A stretch of 64,000 nucleotides of DNA, from positions 73,594,001 to 73,658,000 of the forward strand of contig OZ360241.1 in assembly GCA_977017645.1 (NCBI GenBank). Direction: 5' to 3'. Position numbers and translations under genes: made by a program. The notes under the pieces were generated by a model that had not been told where the DNA came from, ran no database searches, and saw nothing but the letters and a program-made list of their open reading frames with translations. Positions 49,129 through 61,333 of this stretch are shown here, in pieces (position 1 is the stretch's first letter; each line of letters starts with the position of its first letter). Source of the DNA: Torpedo marmorata (lineage: Eukaryota).

Positions 49129-51625
49129 AAGACACCGCCTCATGTAGATGTCCTCGATGGAGTGAAGTTTGGTGCCTGTGATGTCACAGGCCGAGTTAAC
49201 AACCCACTGGAGTTTACTCTTGTCCTGGGAGTTGGCGCCTCCATACCAGGCAGTGATGCAACCAGCCAGAATGCTCTCCACGGTACACCTGTAGAAGTTT
49301 ACGAGAGTCTTTGGTGACATACTGAATCTCCGCAGACACCTCACAAAGTATAGCCGCTGACGAGCCTTCTTTGTGATTGCATCAACGTGGATGCTCCACG
49401 ACAGATCCTCGGAGATGTTGACAACCAGGAATTTGAAGTTCTTGAACCTCTCCACGACTGAGCCCTCGATGATGACTGGGTCGTGTTCCCCTGATTTCCT
49501 CCTGAAGTCCACAATCATCTCCTTGGTTTTGCTGACGTTGAGCTCAAGGTTGTTGCCATTACACCATTCAATGAGCTGATCTATCTCCCTCCTGTACGCT
49601 TCCTCATTTCCGTTTGTGATTCTGCCGACAACTGTGGTGTCATCGGCAAACTTGTAGATGGCATTGGAATTGAACCTGGCCGCACAGTCATGAGTGTATA
49701 ACGTGTAGAGCAGTGGGCTAAGTACGCATCCTTGGGGTGCGCCTGTGTTGATAATCAGTGAGGAGGAGACGTTGTTTCCAATTCGTACTGACTGCGGTCT
49801 TCCGATAAGAAAGTCAAGGATCCAGTTGTAGAGTGGGGTACAGAGGCCTAGAGTTTGTAGCTTCTTGACCAGCACTGAGGGAATAATGGTATTGAAGGCC
49901 GAGCTGTAGTCGATGAAGAGCAGCCGTATGTATGAATTGCTGTTTTCGAGGTGATCCAGAGCTGAGTGGAGAGCCAGCGATATTGCATCTGCTGTGGAGC
50001 GATTGTGGCGATAGGCGAATTGCAGTGGGTCCAGATCTTTGCTTAGGTATGTTTTAATTCTGGCCATGACCAGCCTCTCAAAGCATTTAATCACAGTAGA
50101 AGTTAGTGCTACTGGGCGGTAGTCGTTGAGGCAGCCCACACTACTCTTCTTGGGTACCGGGATGATTGATGCCCTTTTGAAGCAGGTGGGAACCTCTGAC
50201 TGCCGCAATGAGAGGTTGAAAATGTCCGTGAACACTCCGGCTAGTTGGTTGGTGCAGATTTTCAATACCCTGCCAGGTACTCCGTCAGGGCCTGACACCT
50301 TGCGAGGGTTCACCCTCTTGAATGATGTTCTGACGTCGCCCTCAGAGACAGATATCACAGGGTCCTCAGCCTTTTCAGGGATTCTAGTAGGCTCTGTTTT
50401 GTTCTTCTCAAAGCGGGCGTAGAAGGTGTTCAGCTCATCGGGTAGTGAAGCATCACAGCCGTCTATAGTGTTCGCCCTCGCTTTGTAGGCTGTAATGGCC
50501 TGCACTCCCTGCCATAGCTGGCGTGTATCTGTCTCTGTCTCTAGCTTCCTCCGGAATTGCCACTTTGCTTCAGAGATGGCCTTCCGCAGGTCGTGCCTGG
50601 ACTTTTTGTAAAGATCCTGGTCCCCGGCCTTAAATGCCCTTGTTCTCGTCCTCAGCAGATTGCGAATTCTCAGATTCATCCAGGGCTTCTGGTTGGGGAA
50701 CACCCGGTATTTGCGCGTGGGCACACACTCATCCACGCAGGTCTTGATGAAGTCGGTGACACCTGTTGCATATTCATTCAGGTCTATGGATGAGCTCTTG
50801 AATATGTTCCAGTCCACCGATTCAAAACAGTCCTGCAGACGCTCCTCCGCCCCCCTCGACCATATTTTCGCCGTCCTCACCACTGGTGCTGTGGTCTTCA
50901 GTCTCTGCTTGTACGCCGGGAGTAGAAGTACAGCCAGGTGATCAGACTTGCCGAAGTGCGGTCGTGGTATGGCTCGGTATGCGTCCTTCACGGTGGTGTA
51001 GCAGTGGTCGAGTGTGTTGGTTCCCCTGGTCTCGCATGTGATGTGTTGGTGGTAGTTTGTCAGTGACTTCTTCAGATTGACCTGATTGAAGTCTCCCACA
51101 ATGATCTGGAAGGCATCAGGATGTGCTGTCTCATGGCTGTTTATCACAGTGCTCAGTCCCTCCAGTGCCAGCCTGACGTTAGCCTGGGGTGGAATGTACA
51201 CTGCGACCAAGATGATGGCGGTGAACTCCCTCGGCAGATAGAATGGGCGACACTTGATCGCCAGATGTTCCAGGTCGGGGGAACAGGACTGGGACATGAT
51301 CGTCACGTCTGTGCACCACGATGAATTGATGATGACACAAACGCCGCCTCCCCTGGTTTTTCCAGACGCCGGTGTTCGGTCAGCGCGATGGAGGGTGTAG
51401 CCCTTGGACTGTAGCGCCGTGTCCGGAATGTCCGCGTTTAGCCACGTTTCTGTGAAGCACATCACGCAGCACTCCCTGATGACTCTCTGATGTTGAAGTC
51501 TGGCTTGGAGTTCATCAAGTTTGTTCTCCAAGGATTGTACATTGGCCAGGAGGATGGTAGGGAGCGGAAGCTTCAGGTCCCCGCGTCTCAGCTTGACCTG
51601 TAGCCTCCGTCTGCGTCCACGAGGT
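49129..51625 (-). CDS. Rex1/Babar endonuclease-reverse transcriptase ORF (5' segment; continues at 48243-48085)
   Basis: About 830 codons without a stop. After removing the L1 and one TSD copy the frame continues MRRCLKKAASILKDPHHPGHALFTLLPPGKRYRSLKTSTQLHKDSFFPAAIRFLNNQ to a TGA at 48087-48085. Confidence 0.88.
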
Positions 51626-52939
51626 TGGTGAGATAGCTGATGTGCTGGTTCTTAATTAACAACATTTCCTGGATTTGAGGAAGGTTCAATTAGATTGGAA
51701 AATAGCAAATGCAAGTCTTTTCTTCAAGAGAGCCATGGTGCAGCCAGTAAGGCCACTGCCTCACAGTGACAGAGACCATGTTACAAGCATCCTGACCATG
51801 TCCCAAGCACAGTAACCCCAATTTCCAGCACCACTGAATCAAGCCAGAAAAACGTATGTTGCTCCGGTTATTGATTGGTGCACTGCAGCAGCAGATGGTG
51901 GTAAGATTGCTGTCACATCAATGCCCAGCTCTGAATGACATCCAGATTCACAATGGACCAATAGCAGCGGAGGGCCAGTGGTGCCAATGTAACTGTGCAG
52001 TTGCTAGGGTCAGGGCCAATGCCAATGCAGCCTAGCCTGGGTCAGTGCTATGCCAGTTTACGCTGCTATGGAGTAATTCCTCTGGCATCCTATTGAAGGT
52101 CCATGGATCAATCTTTATAAAGTTATTTACAGAGTGTGGTAAGACTAGCACTCCGTCATCATCCCCTGAGCTAAATTGTTTTCTGGTGCATCTGAAGGTC
52201 TTTCAACACAATTCACAACTCAGTCACTTTGTGGCCACTATTACTTTGACAAATTTTCCATTACATAACTCTTTAATTGAATACTGTAACTACTTAAATG
52301 GAAGTTTCTCAACTCCTGCGGTTGTAGTCAAACGCCTGTCTCTAGATCAACAGTCCAAGTTTTATTTTACAGTTTATTTTCTTGTGTCATGGTAACTGTG
52401 AATATATATTATCAATCTTTTGCATTTATTATCTCATTTTAATTTAATCTAATGTATGCAATTGAAGTTTTTCTTTCTGTTTAGCAAGTACCTGTTCGGC
52501 TGCAGCAAGTATGTCTTGGTGCATATGCACATTGTACAATGTATATGACAATACACTCATTATCATTATCATAATCAAGCTTCTGGCTACACGTCCAGTA
52601 ACTTAATCTCCATGCCACTCTACCCCCATGCACCCCCTCATGGGTAAATGACCTGATCACCTCATTTGAGCTTGGGAACTGCCATGTCATATACTGCAAT
52701 AAGAGCTACTATCCTTAGGGGATGACATCAGCAAATTAGAAAGATAAAGCTTAGGTATTAATATGTTATAATTCTTCAATGGTAAATGACTGCAGCTGTT
52801 GACTTGTGCCTGGGAGATTTATGGTCAGAATCCTTCCGCACTCAGTTCTTAATCTTGAGAGTTCCTTTGTGAGTCTGCCCATGAGAAAAAGGCGTATTTT
52901 GTGAAGGGAAGCAGAAAATGAGTCTGAAACTTGTTTTTT

Positions 52940-53174
52940 AGAGATAGAGCATGGTAACAGGCCCATGATCCGCACTGCCCAAATACACTTATGTAACCAA
53001 TTAACCTACTAAGCCCGTACACCTTTGAACGTGGCAGGAAACTGGAGCACGTGGAGGAAAACCACACGGTCATGGAGAGAACGTAACCACTCCTTACAGA
53101 CAGCGGCGGATTCGAACCTGGGTCGCTGGCGCTGTAATAGCATTGCAATAGCTGCTACACTCACTGTGTCGCCC
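52940..53174 (-). mobile_element. tRNA-derived SINE
   Basis: Reverse copy with caggttcgaatccgccgctgtctgtaaggagt. Confidence 0.85.
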
Positions 53175-53594
53175 TATTCCAAGTAAGACCAGAACCATAG
53201 TGTAGAAGCAAGAAGGGTCCAACTTAAAATCAACTTAAAGTCAGACCACAGCAGAACAAATACAATGACATAAACTTTACACACAGACATATACTGTCCT
53301 TTAAGCTGTATATCACAGAAGTAAGAAAAACAAACAGCGGAGAGCTTGTTTTATTAGTTTTCAGTTATGCACATCCTGTTCAAATATTATAGCAGCAGAA
53401 TGTTTGGATGAGGCAGCTGAAAAGTGAGAGGCAACTCTGATCTGTGTCTGGATGTCTGCTATCTAGATAAATATTTCTTAAATATTCCTTTGATGATGAG
53501 AGCAGCTTTAGGTGCAGATGTTCCCTCACCTACTAATTTATCTTTTGACTGGGCTTCCAATTGCAAAAATCACATTTTTATTTTGGACTGGCAA

Positions 53595-53990
53595 AAGCAC
53601 ACCATGGATAATTGATGATGATGATCAGCTTATTCTCATTCACATTGTACAATGTACATATGTGCCAAAATTCTTATTTACTGCTGCCAAACAGGTACTT
53701 GTAAAGAAAACTATCATGGTAAACTAATATAATTAAATTAAAAGACACAATAAAAACATATGGTAGATATAAATATTCACAGTAAACCTCATGCAAAAAA
53801 AAAGTTGACTTGCAATAGGGCATTATTGTACCTAGGGGAGGGTCAAGAATCTGATAGCTGTTGGAGAAGAAACTGTTCTTGAACCTAGAGGTGCTGGTCT
53901 TCAGGCTTCTGTAGCTTCTGTTTGAAGGTAGCAGTGAGAAGAGGCTGTGACCAGGGTGGTGGAGGTCCTTTATGATGTTGACTGCACCAG
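53595..53990 (-). mobile_element. Old Rex1/Babar-type 3' fragment
   Basis: aactgttcttgaacctagaggtgctggtcttcaggcttctgta...ggtggtggaggtcctttatgatg. Confidence 0.6.
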
Positions 53991-54589
53991 TGAATCATCA
54001 CTGCACTTGCCCCCAAAACCGAGTCAAAAATTAACAGCCAAGCAGGTTGGAGAACAGGGTAACCAGTTCGGTGAATACATCGACAATCTCATCACCCTCC
54101 TAAATGTCAATGCCAACAACACAGGCCATGGCAAGTGAATTGAGCAACATTTGAGGGGTGAACTGTCTCTATGTGGGCAACTTTACCCCGAAATCTGCCA
54201 GGCTTTGTGCTACTGAAGTCCTTCCCCATGGAACTTTGAACAGGCTCTAAGCTAATTTCACATAGATATTATTAATTTTTTCAACAGTGGCTATTAACTA
54301 GATGTATATCACATATTGGTTCAGCACTGGTCATATTTCCTGACACACAGTATACAATGCATGCACTCCATCCTTTGCTGTCACAAGATTTTATATGGTG
54401 CCACAGGACTAAAACACTGCATTAGGTGTCAAGTCAATGCGCAGTACAATCACTTGGTAACATTTCATGCTTGAGGGAACAGGTTTAACTCTCAGTTGAT
54501 GATTTTATCACATAATTTAGGCTAATTCAGACATCCTTCAGGTAAGACATGGATCTAACCAGCTGTGTAGATACACAGTAAAAATTACC

Positions 54590-55325
54590 TGCCCCCTCCA
54601 ATGGACATCAAGCCTATCGTGCCATCCTATCCCTTTCTCCCAATTCCTCTGCCTTCACCGCATCTGTTCCCAGAAACGTTCTCTTTCTTTAATAAGCATG
54701 GATTCCCCCCCCAGCTGTTATTGATAAATCTCTCAGCCCCATCTCCTCCATAGCTCGCATTTCCATTTTCACCCCATCTGCCCCCTGACACAACAAGGAC
54801 AGATTCCCTTTGGTCCTCACTTTCGATCTCACCAGCCTCCACAAGAGACACATTATCCTCCGACACTTCTGCCAACTTTAAGATAATCCCACTACCAGCC
54901 ACATCTTCCCCTCCTCATCTCAGGGATCAGTGTCTCCAAGGATCCCTGGTCTGCTCTTCCCTCCCCATCCATGCAAATCGATGGTCAAGTTGTGGGGTTC
55001 AAGGCTGTACAGGAGGAATATGGTGCGTTGTTCCTCAAGTTTACGATTGGCCTAACCCTGGCAATGGAAGTGGCTGAGGACAGACTGTGAGGGAATGATA
55101 AGTGGAATTAAAATGGTTGATAATCAAGAGTTGTAGCTTGGACTCACGGATGGAGTACAGATGTTCACCGAAGCGGTCACCGCTATATTGGTCTCTCCGA
55201 TATAGAGGAGGCCACACTGAGTACACTGAATGTTGGACAATGTGGATGTAAAGATTTCCCTCACTGGAGAGGTCTGTCTGTGGCTCTGGATGGAGATGTA
55301 GGGACATGTTTTGCCCTTTCTGCAA
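54590..55325. mobile_element. Penelope-like remnant in two inverted halves
   Basis: Plus half with RT C-terminal-like 'GFP...NKDRFPLVLTF'; minus half with GIY-YIG motif 'CTQCGLLYIGET' and 'DRFGEHL...HFNS'. Confidence 0.7.
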
Positions 55326-55829
55326 TTACAGCAGAAATTACAGCTTCTCTTTCTCTGACTGCAAGGGGCTCCGGGCAACGATAATGGCGAATCTTTGTCT
55401 GCCTTATGGCAGACTAAAGGCAATTTTGTATAATATTACATTGTTGCTTCATGACATGACAATAAATAGTATCGCATCTGATCTGAAGTGCCTAAGGGGT
55501 GGAAAGTTGGGTGCTGGCTCCCCCTACCATTGTGATTCAGAATTTACCGTGTTGGATGGCTCCCCCACTAACAGGGAATGTGAGCTGGTTTCCACCATCG
55601 CGAGACAGGTTAGTTGTTTCCATCTCTTCTTTACCTACTCCCATTCTCTAAGCTTCATCCTCCTCCTGGTGGTCTCTCCCTCTACCTGTCCTCCACCCAC
55701 CTTCTGTCTAATATCAACCCCTCCTGCTTCTTCCACTCCTGTTTTTCTTTCCCACATGATCCCTTCCTACTTTAATCCCCACCTAAGACACCTGAAACTA
55801 TTGCTCCAGGTTCACTTTTTCAGCATTTA

Positions 55830-56150
55830 AAATTTTTAATTTAAATTTAAAAAAAATTTAAATTTAAATTTTTATTTTTTAAATTTAAATTTAAATTTAG
55901 ACATACAGCACGGTAACAGGCCATTTCGGCCCACAAGTCCGTGCCGCCCAATTTACACCCAATTAACCTACAACCCCCAGTACGTTTTGAAGGGTGGGAG
56001 GAAACCAGAGCCCCCGGGGAAAACCCATGCAGACACGGGGAGAACACACAAACTCCTTACAGACAGCGCGGGATTTGAACCCTGGTCTGGTCCCGATCGC
56101 TGGCGCTGCAAAGGCGTTGCGCTAACTGCTACGCCAACTGTGCCACCCCA
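55830..56150 (-). mobile_element. Young tRNA-derived SINE with (TTTAAA)n tail
   Basis: Same subfamily as 22770-23028. Confidence 0.9.
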
Positions 56151-56289
56151 ATTTCTATTATCAAGCATGATGGTTAGAGTCCAAGGAGTCCAGAATTATC
56201 CAGCCTTGCCCACAGACTATGGATCAGCCTCCCTCCCTCAAAACCAACACCCCATCTAGGCTGTGGTGCCTCCCTCTGGTCACATTTTA

Positions 56290-56530
56290 AATTATTTTTA
56301 AATTTCGACATACAGCACGGTAACAGGCCCTTTCGACCCACTAGCCCGTGCCGCCCAATTACACCCAATTAACCCTCACCCCTGGTATGTTTTGAATGGT
56401 GGGAGGAAACCGGAGCATCCGGAGGAAACCCACGCAGACACGGGGAGAACGTACAAACTCCTAACACCAGCGTGGGATTCTAACCCCAATCGCTGGCGCT
56501 GTAACAGCGTTGCACTAACCGTGCCGCCCA
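56290..56530 (-). mobile_element. tRNA-derived SINE
   Basis: Reverse copy starting gggcggcacggttagtgcaacgctgttacagcgccagcga. Confidence 0.85.
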
Positions 56531-56886
56531 GCTCACTTCTAACACAGTCTCTGCTCAGCATTGTAGCATTTGGACTTAATGGGGTTGGTGATTATAACCC
56601 TGCATCACACTGCCTTGTTTATTCCGAATTTGTAATGGAGGGGAAGACAACAGGAAGACGACACCCTGAAAGCTCTTTACTTCTTCTTGGCACCCCCTCC
56701 CAGGACACAATTACATCCTTCTGTCTGTATCATGCTCCGGCAGCCAAAGATCAGCTGAGGTGCATGTTTTGTGTATGGTGCCCGCTCTTTTGGGGTCATC
56801 AGCAAACCGATTAACCTTGTACAGGCATTGGGAATTCAGGAGAGTAACGGGCAGGAAGAGCGGCCCAGCAACCTTTAGACCCAAAA

Positions 56887-57295
56887 AGTAAAACACGAAA
56901 ATCTGTAGACACCGTGGTTGAAGTAAAAAACACAAATGCTGGAGAACTCAGCAGGTCAAACAGTGTCTTTTATGTAGCAAAGGTAGAAATACATAACCGA
57001 CGTTTCGGGCTTGAGCCCTTCATCAAAGTATGAGAAAATGCCGGCAGGCGTCCGAACAAAAGAGTGAGGGCGGGAAGGGGGGGGGGGGTGGCAAAGGCAG
57101 GATATGATAGGTGGAGAAAGGAGGGAGGGGACAGCAGCAAAGAGGGGGAGGAGGGATGGCTGGGTGGGTGGACCCAAGTCACACAGGAGACGACAGCGGC
57201 TGGAATCTGAAGCAAAACACAATCTGCTGGAGGAACTCTTTTTCTCCCACTGATTCTGCTTGTCTTGTTGAATTCCTTCAAAATATTGTGTTTAC
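56887..57295 (-). mobile_element. Young Penelope-like terminal repeat with hammerhead-like motif
   Basis: Minus strand catactTTGATGAagggctcaagcccGAAAcgtcggttatgtat (57032-56989), preceded by a pyrimidine-rich tract on the minus strand. Confidence 0.78.
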
Positions 57296-57932
57296 CTTTG
57301 GACCCACTCTCCTTCTCCCTGGATATTACGCTGCATGCGTGGTATCTGAGCTGCCCTTATGCTTCATGACAACATTTTTCATTGTATCAACTCTTGAAAT
57401 TGTAATGCTCCTTTTAAATGTCACACATGGAATGGTGTGCATGTGCTGAATATCAGGTCTCCGGAGTAGGGGCTAATCCAATTAGACAAAAACTATGTGT
57501 ATGTTTCAGGGGAATACAGTTTCTTTACATATACCCTGCTCATTAAGTTTTGCAGACACATCATCAGCAAACACAGCATCACATTGGAGCAACATATCCA
57601 CAGGGTTAAATATCTCTAAGGTCCAACTCATTCAAGGTCAAAAAGCAGGATTAAACCAGAGTAATGAAGTGTTGCATAGAATCAGGCACATAGGTGCTTC
57701 AGCGCATTCATAAGGTTGATTAGTGTGTGTCATTAAAAAAGATTTGTCAATCTCTCTCTCTCTTACATTCCCCTCATTCACTCTCTTTAAATCTTCCCCT
57801 CTCTCTCCCCTCCCAAACGTGACACATCAATCACACCTCACACACCAAACCAGTGTGCCAGTCTATGGGGTTAAGAGCCCTGTCTTCGGACGACTGCTCA
57901 CCCCAGAGTAGGCTGGGTGATGGTGTTCTTTT

Positions 57933-58728
57933 TTCAGATTTCAGATTTATTGTCAGAGTACATACACAACATCACATACATCTCTGAGATTCTTTTACCT
58001 GCAGGTGAGGCAGAATTACCACTTATTGGTAGTGCAAAAAACTGTACACAAGAAGATATGTATACATGTAAACAAATAAAAAAATTAAAACAAATTGACT
58101 GTGCAATACAGAGAGAAAAAAATCAATAAAGTACAAAAGTAAGAGTCCTTAAATGATTGAGTTTGTCGTTGAGGAGTCTGATGGTGGAGGGGTAGCAGCT
58201 GTTCCTGAACCTGGTGGTGCGAGTCTTGTGGCACCTATACCTCTTTCCTGATGGCAGCAGCGAGAACATAGTGTGTGCTGGGCGGTGTGGATCCTTGATG
58301 ATTGCTGCTGCTCTCTGATGACAGTGTTCCCTGTAGATGTTCTCAATAGTGGGGAGAGTTTTGCCTGTGATGTCCTGGGCTCTCCACTACCTTTTGGAGG
58401 GCTTTCTGCTCAGGGGATTTGTGTCCACATACCAGACCATGATGCAGCCGGTCAGCACACTTTCCACCACACATCTGTGGAAATATGCCACGGTTTTCGA
58501 TGTTATACCAAACGTCTGCAAACTCCTGAGGAAGTAGAGGCGCTGACGCGCTTTCTTCACGATGCCATTAGTGTGTTGGGTCTGGGAAAGATCCTCAGAG
58601 ATAGTGACTCCCAAGAACTTAACTTAGCTCACCATCTCCACCTCTGATCCCTCTGGCTTTCCCTTCCTGAAGTCAATATCAGTTCCTTGGCTTTGGTGAC
58701 ATTGAGTGTAAGGTTGTTGTTGGTGTTT
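57933..58728 (-). mobile_element. Rex1/Babar-type LINE, 5'-truncated
   Basis: Same subfamily as 42544-43240; 'GVTISEDLSQTQHTNGIVKKARQRLYFLRSL'. Confidence 0.85.
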
Positions 58729-58734
58729 GAGGAA

Positions 58735-58993
58735 AGTACAGAAGAGAGGGTGTGTGGTCTCTCTGTAGTACAGAAGAGAGGGTGTGTGGTCTCTCTGTAG
58801 TACGGAAGAGAGGGTGTGTGGTCTCTCTGTAGTACAGAAGATAGGGTGTGTGGTCTCTCTGTAGTACGGAAGAGAGGGTGTGTGGTCTCTCTGTAGTACA
58901 GAAGATAGGGTGTGTGGTCTCTCTGTAGTACGGAAGAGAGGGTGTGTGGTCTCTCTGTAGTACAGAAGAGAGGGTGTGTGGTCTCTCTGTAGT
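58735..58993. repeat. 32-bp minisatellite x8 (agtac(a/g)gaaga(g/t)agggtgtgtggtctctctgt)
   Basis: 58735-58990 is 256 nt, exactly eight units, with two variable positions. Confidence 0.95.
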
Positions 58994-59704
58994 CGGATAA
59001 ATCCCAACAGATTCCCTGCAGCTGAATGCTTTTGATAATTGATCATTTGCCTGTTATCGTTTCAAACGATAATTTACCCTTCGACTTCTCGATCAGTAAG
59101 CTCGATATTTGATAAGTATCTTCCCATGTTTCTTCCTAAATACATAGAGACATCGGGCAGTGCCTGAAAGCTGTTCAATAAGATCATGCTTGATCAATAT
59201 CTTAACTCTAGCTTCCTCCTGTTGTAATCTTGTGTTCAAACGAAGCAATCAATCTCAAATCAAAGATAACCAGCTGAGGCTGGACCTGCTGCTGTCTGTG
59301 GGAGAACAATCTTACCACATTCTATATGAGAAATGTTTCATAGCTTCTGAATGGCCCAGCACTGGATTTACAGTTAAAGCGATTTGTTCTAGAGAGAAGA
59401 AAATTCTCTCTTTCCCACGTCGCCTCCGGGCAAAATCATAAAACCTCAATTAAATCGCCTGTTAATGTTCTCTAACCCTGGGGACTTTAAACCAAACGTA
59501 GATACAGAGCACTGGTAATGCTCCAGTGAATCTTTTCTGTTCTCCATTCGTCATCAATATATTCTTCCATGGAAAACGATGGATAGTCCCTGTTGTGCGA
59601 GGACTGGGTACATATTCTGCAACTTTTTACCACAAAATTACAGCGTAGATGGTGTCAAGGCAGGATATTGAACCCATTCCCCAGAATATTTATTGTACCA
59701 GAAG

Positions 59705-60460
59705 CTTCAGATCAGATCACATCAGATACTCAGATACTATTTATTGCCATATAATAAACAGAATTGTAATATTACACAAAATTGCCTTTAGTCTGCCATA
59801 AGGCAGACAAATATGTTTTTTACACAGCCGTTGCGTTGTGGGAAATTATTCCCAAATTTCCGGAATGCAGTCTGTGTATAAAGATCGGAACGGAAGTGAG
59901 GGACTCATTCCCGTTCCGAAATTTTACCTCCGTCACCCCTAGATATTTTTACGGAACACCTGCAGTCTAAACTGAACTGCAGGCGATCCACAGCAATGGG
60001 CTAATGAATAGGGTGCATTGATGACGCGCGATGTCGCGTAAATACCGCACTTCAGGTATTATGTCTAAACTCACGGTGTGATACGGATATTTGGAGTTTT
60101 GGTCGTTCCTGTGTGAACGGCCACTCCGGAAGGTAGGGAGACACTTTTGAACGGAAAAAAACTAAGTTCTATGTAAAAAACATAAAAGATTCACCATTAG
60201 CATTGCTCAGTGCCCCTGACAGATAAAGAGAAGCAAAAGAGAGTCCTCTCAGAGTCACTGAGTGTCCGTGGATTCACCTCCAGCACTCCTGCAGCCTCTG
60301 CAGCTGCACAAGACTCCAGTTCAGTTCAAACCATCAGAAACCCGAGACCAGATCTAAACCTGTGACACAATGAGGAAGCCTTCAGCATCCAGGGCGCTTT
60401 GGGAGACATTCTTGCCCTCAGCACCCTCTTGAATCCCGGATCTGATACCAGATGTAATCA
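59705..60460 (-). mobile_element. Non-autonomous retroposon (10470/14470-related family) split by a MITE
   Basis: atttattgccatataata...gtctgccataaggcagacaaa | aaagattcacc...gagaagcaaaagagagtcctctcagagtcactgagtgtccgtggattcacctccagc. Confidence 0.7.
59812..60184. mobile_element. 373-bp MITE with 16-bp TIRs and 3-bp TSD (PIF/Harbinger-like)
   Basis: TIRs tatgttttttacacag (59812-59827) and ctatgtaaaaaacata (60169-60184); aaa duplicated at 59809-59811 and 60185-60187 relative to the host sequence ggcagacaaagattc. Confidence 0.8.
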
Positions 60461-60829
60461 AGTGTAACACAAATGCTAATTTTTTTGGACTGGTATTCAG
60501 CCCTATCCTGGTACATTCATCCAAGAGAGAGCTCTTTTCTTTCTCAGCTACCAAAGCTTCCAATAAATCTTGGCTTTCTGTCTCTAAAGCCCTACGTGGA
60601 AGTGTGAAGATGAATTTCTTAACACCAGCCATTGGAACAACTGGAACCCATTGCTCCTCGTACTACCCTCATGGTCTGACTTGAGTTACTGATAGTGATT
60701 TATGGTCTCAAACAGTTTCCATTATTGAAATGTCTTGAGTGCTTTCCGTCAAGGCTAAAACCCCCTTCAGTTCCCATTTTCCCTCTAATCCTCAAATCTA
60801 CCTTTTATTCTAAAGTTCAGTCTAATCTT

Positions 60830-61072
60830 AACATAGAAACATCGGAGGTAGGAGCAGGAGAAGGCCATTCATCCCTCGGAACCTGTTCTACCATTCAATA
60901 TGATCATGGCTGATGTATGATTCCAGCACCTTATTCCTGCTTTCTCTACATACCCCTTCATCTCTTTAGCCAGTAGGGTCACACTTAACTCCCTTTTGAA
61001 TCTATCTAATGATCTGACCTCAACAACTTTCTATGGTAGGGTTGCATGTCCTTTTCTGCCTTGTTCTGTCCT
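60830..61072 (-). mobile_element. CR1 LINE 3' fragment
   Basis: catagaaacatcggaggtaggagcaggagaaggccattc 3' end. Confidence 0.7.
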
Positions 61073-61074
61073 GA

Positions 61075-61333
61075 TTTAAATTTTTAATTTTTTTTATTTT
61101 ACAACAATGTAGAAGCCGATTCCGGCCATTTAAACCTGTGTCACCCAAATACACCCAAATTAACCTATAACCCTGTACATTTTGGAAGATGGGAGGAAAC
61201 CGGAGCACCCATAGGAAACCCTCACAGACACGGGGAGAACGTACAAACTCCTTACAGACAGCGTCAGATTCGAACCTGGATCGCTTGCGCTGTAATAACG
61301 TCGCGCTAACCAGTCCGCTAACTGTAGCGCCCT
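61075..61333 (-). mobile_element. tRNA-derived SINE
   Basis: Reverse copy with caggttcgaatctgacgctgtctgtaaggagtttgtacgttctcccc. Confidence 0.85.

Larger units (their letters stand above)
47926..51630 (-). mobile_element. Near-complete Rex1/Babar-clade LINE (APE endonuclease and RT) split by an L1 insertion
   Basis: LLANVQSLENK, CFTETWL, VGDFN, TLDHCY and SDH (APE); NDYRPVALTS, FIDYSSAFNTI, PQGCVLSP and KFADD (RT); 3' tail aataaattctgattctgattctga at ~47926-47950. Confidence 0.92.
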
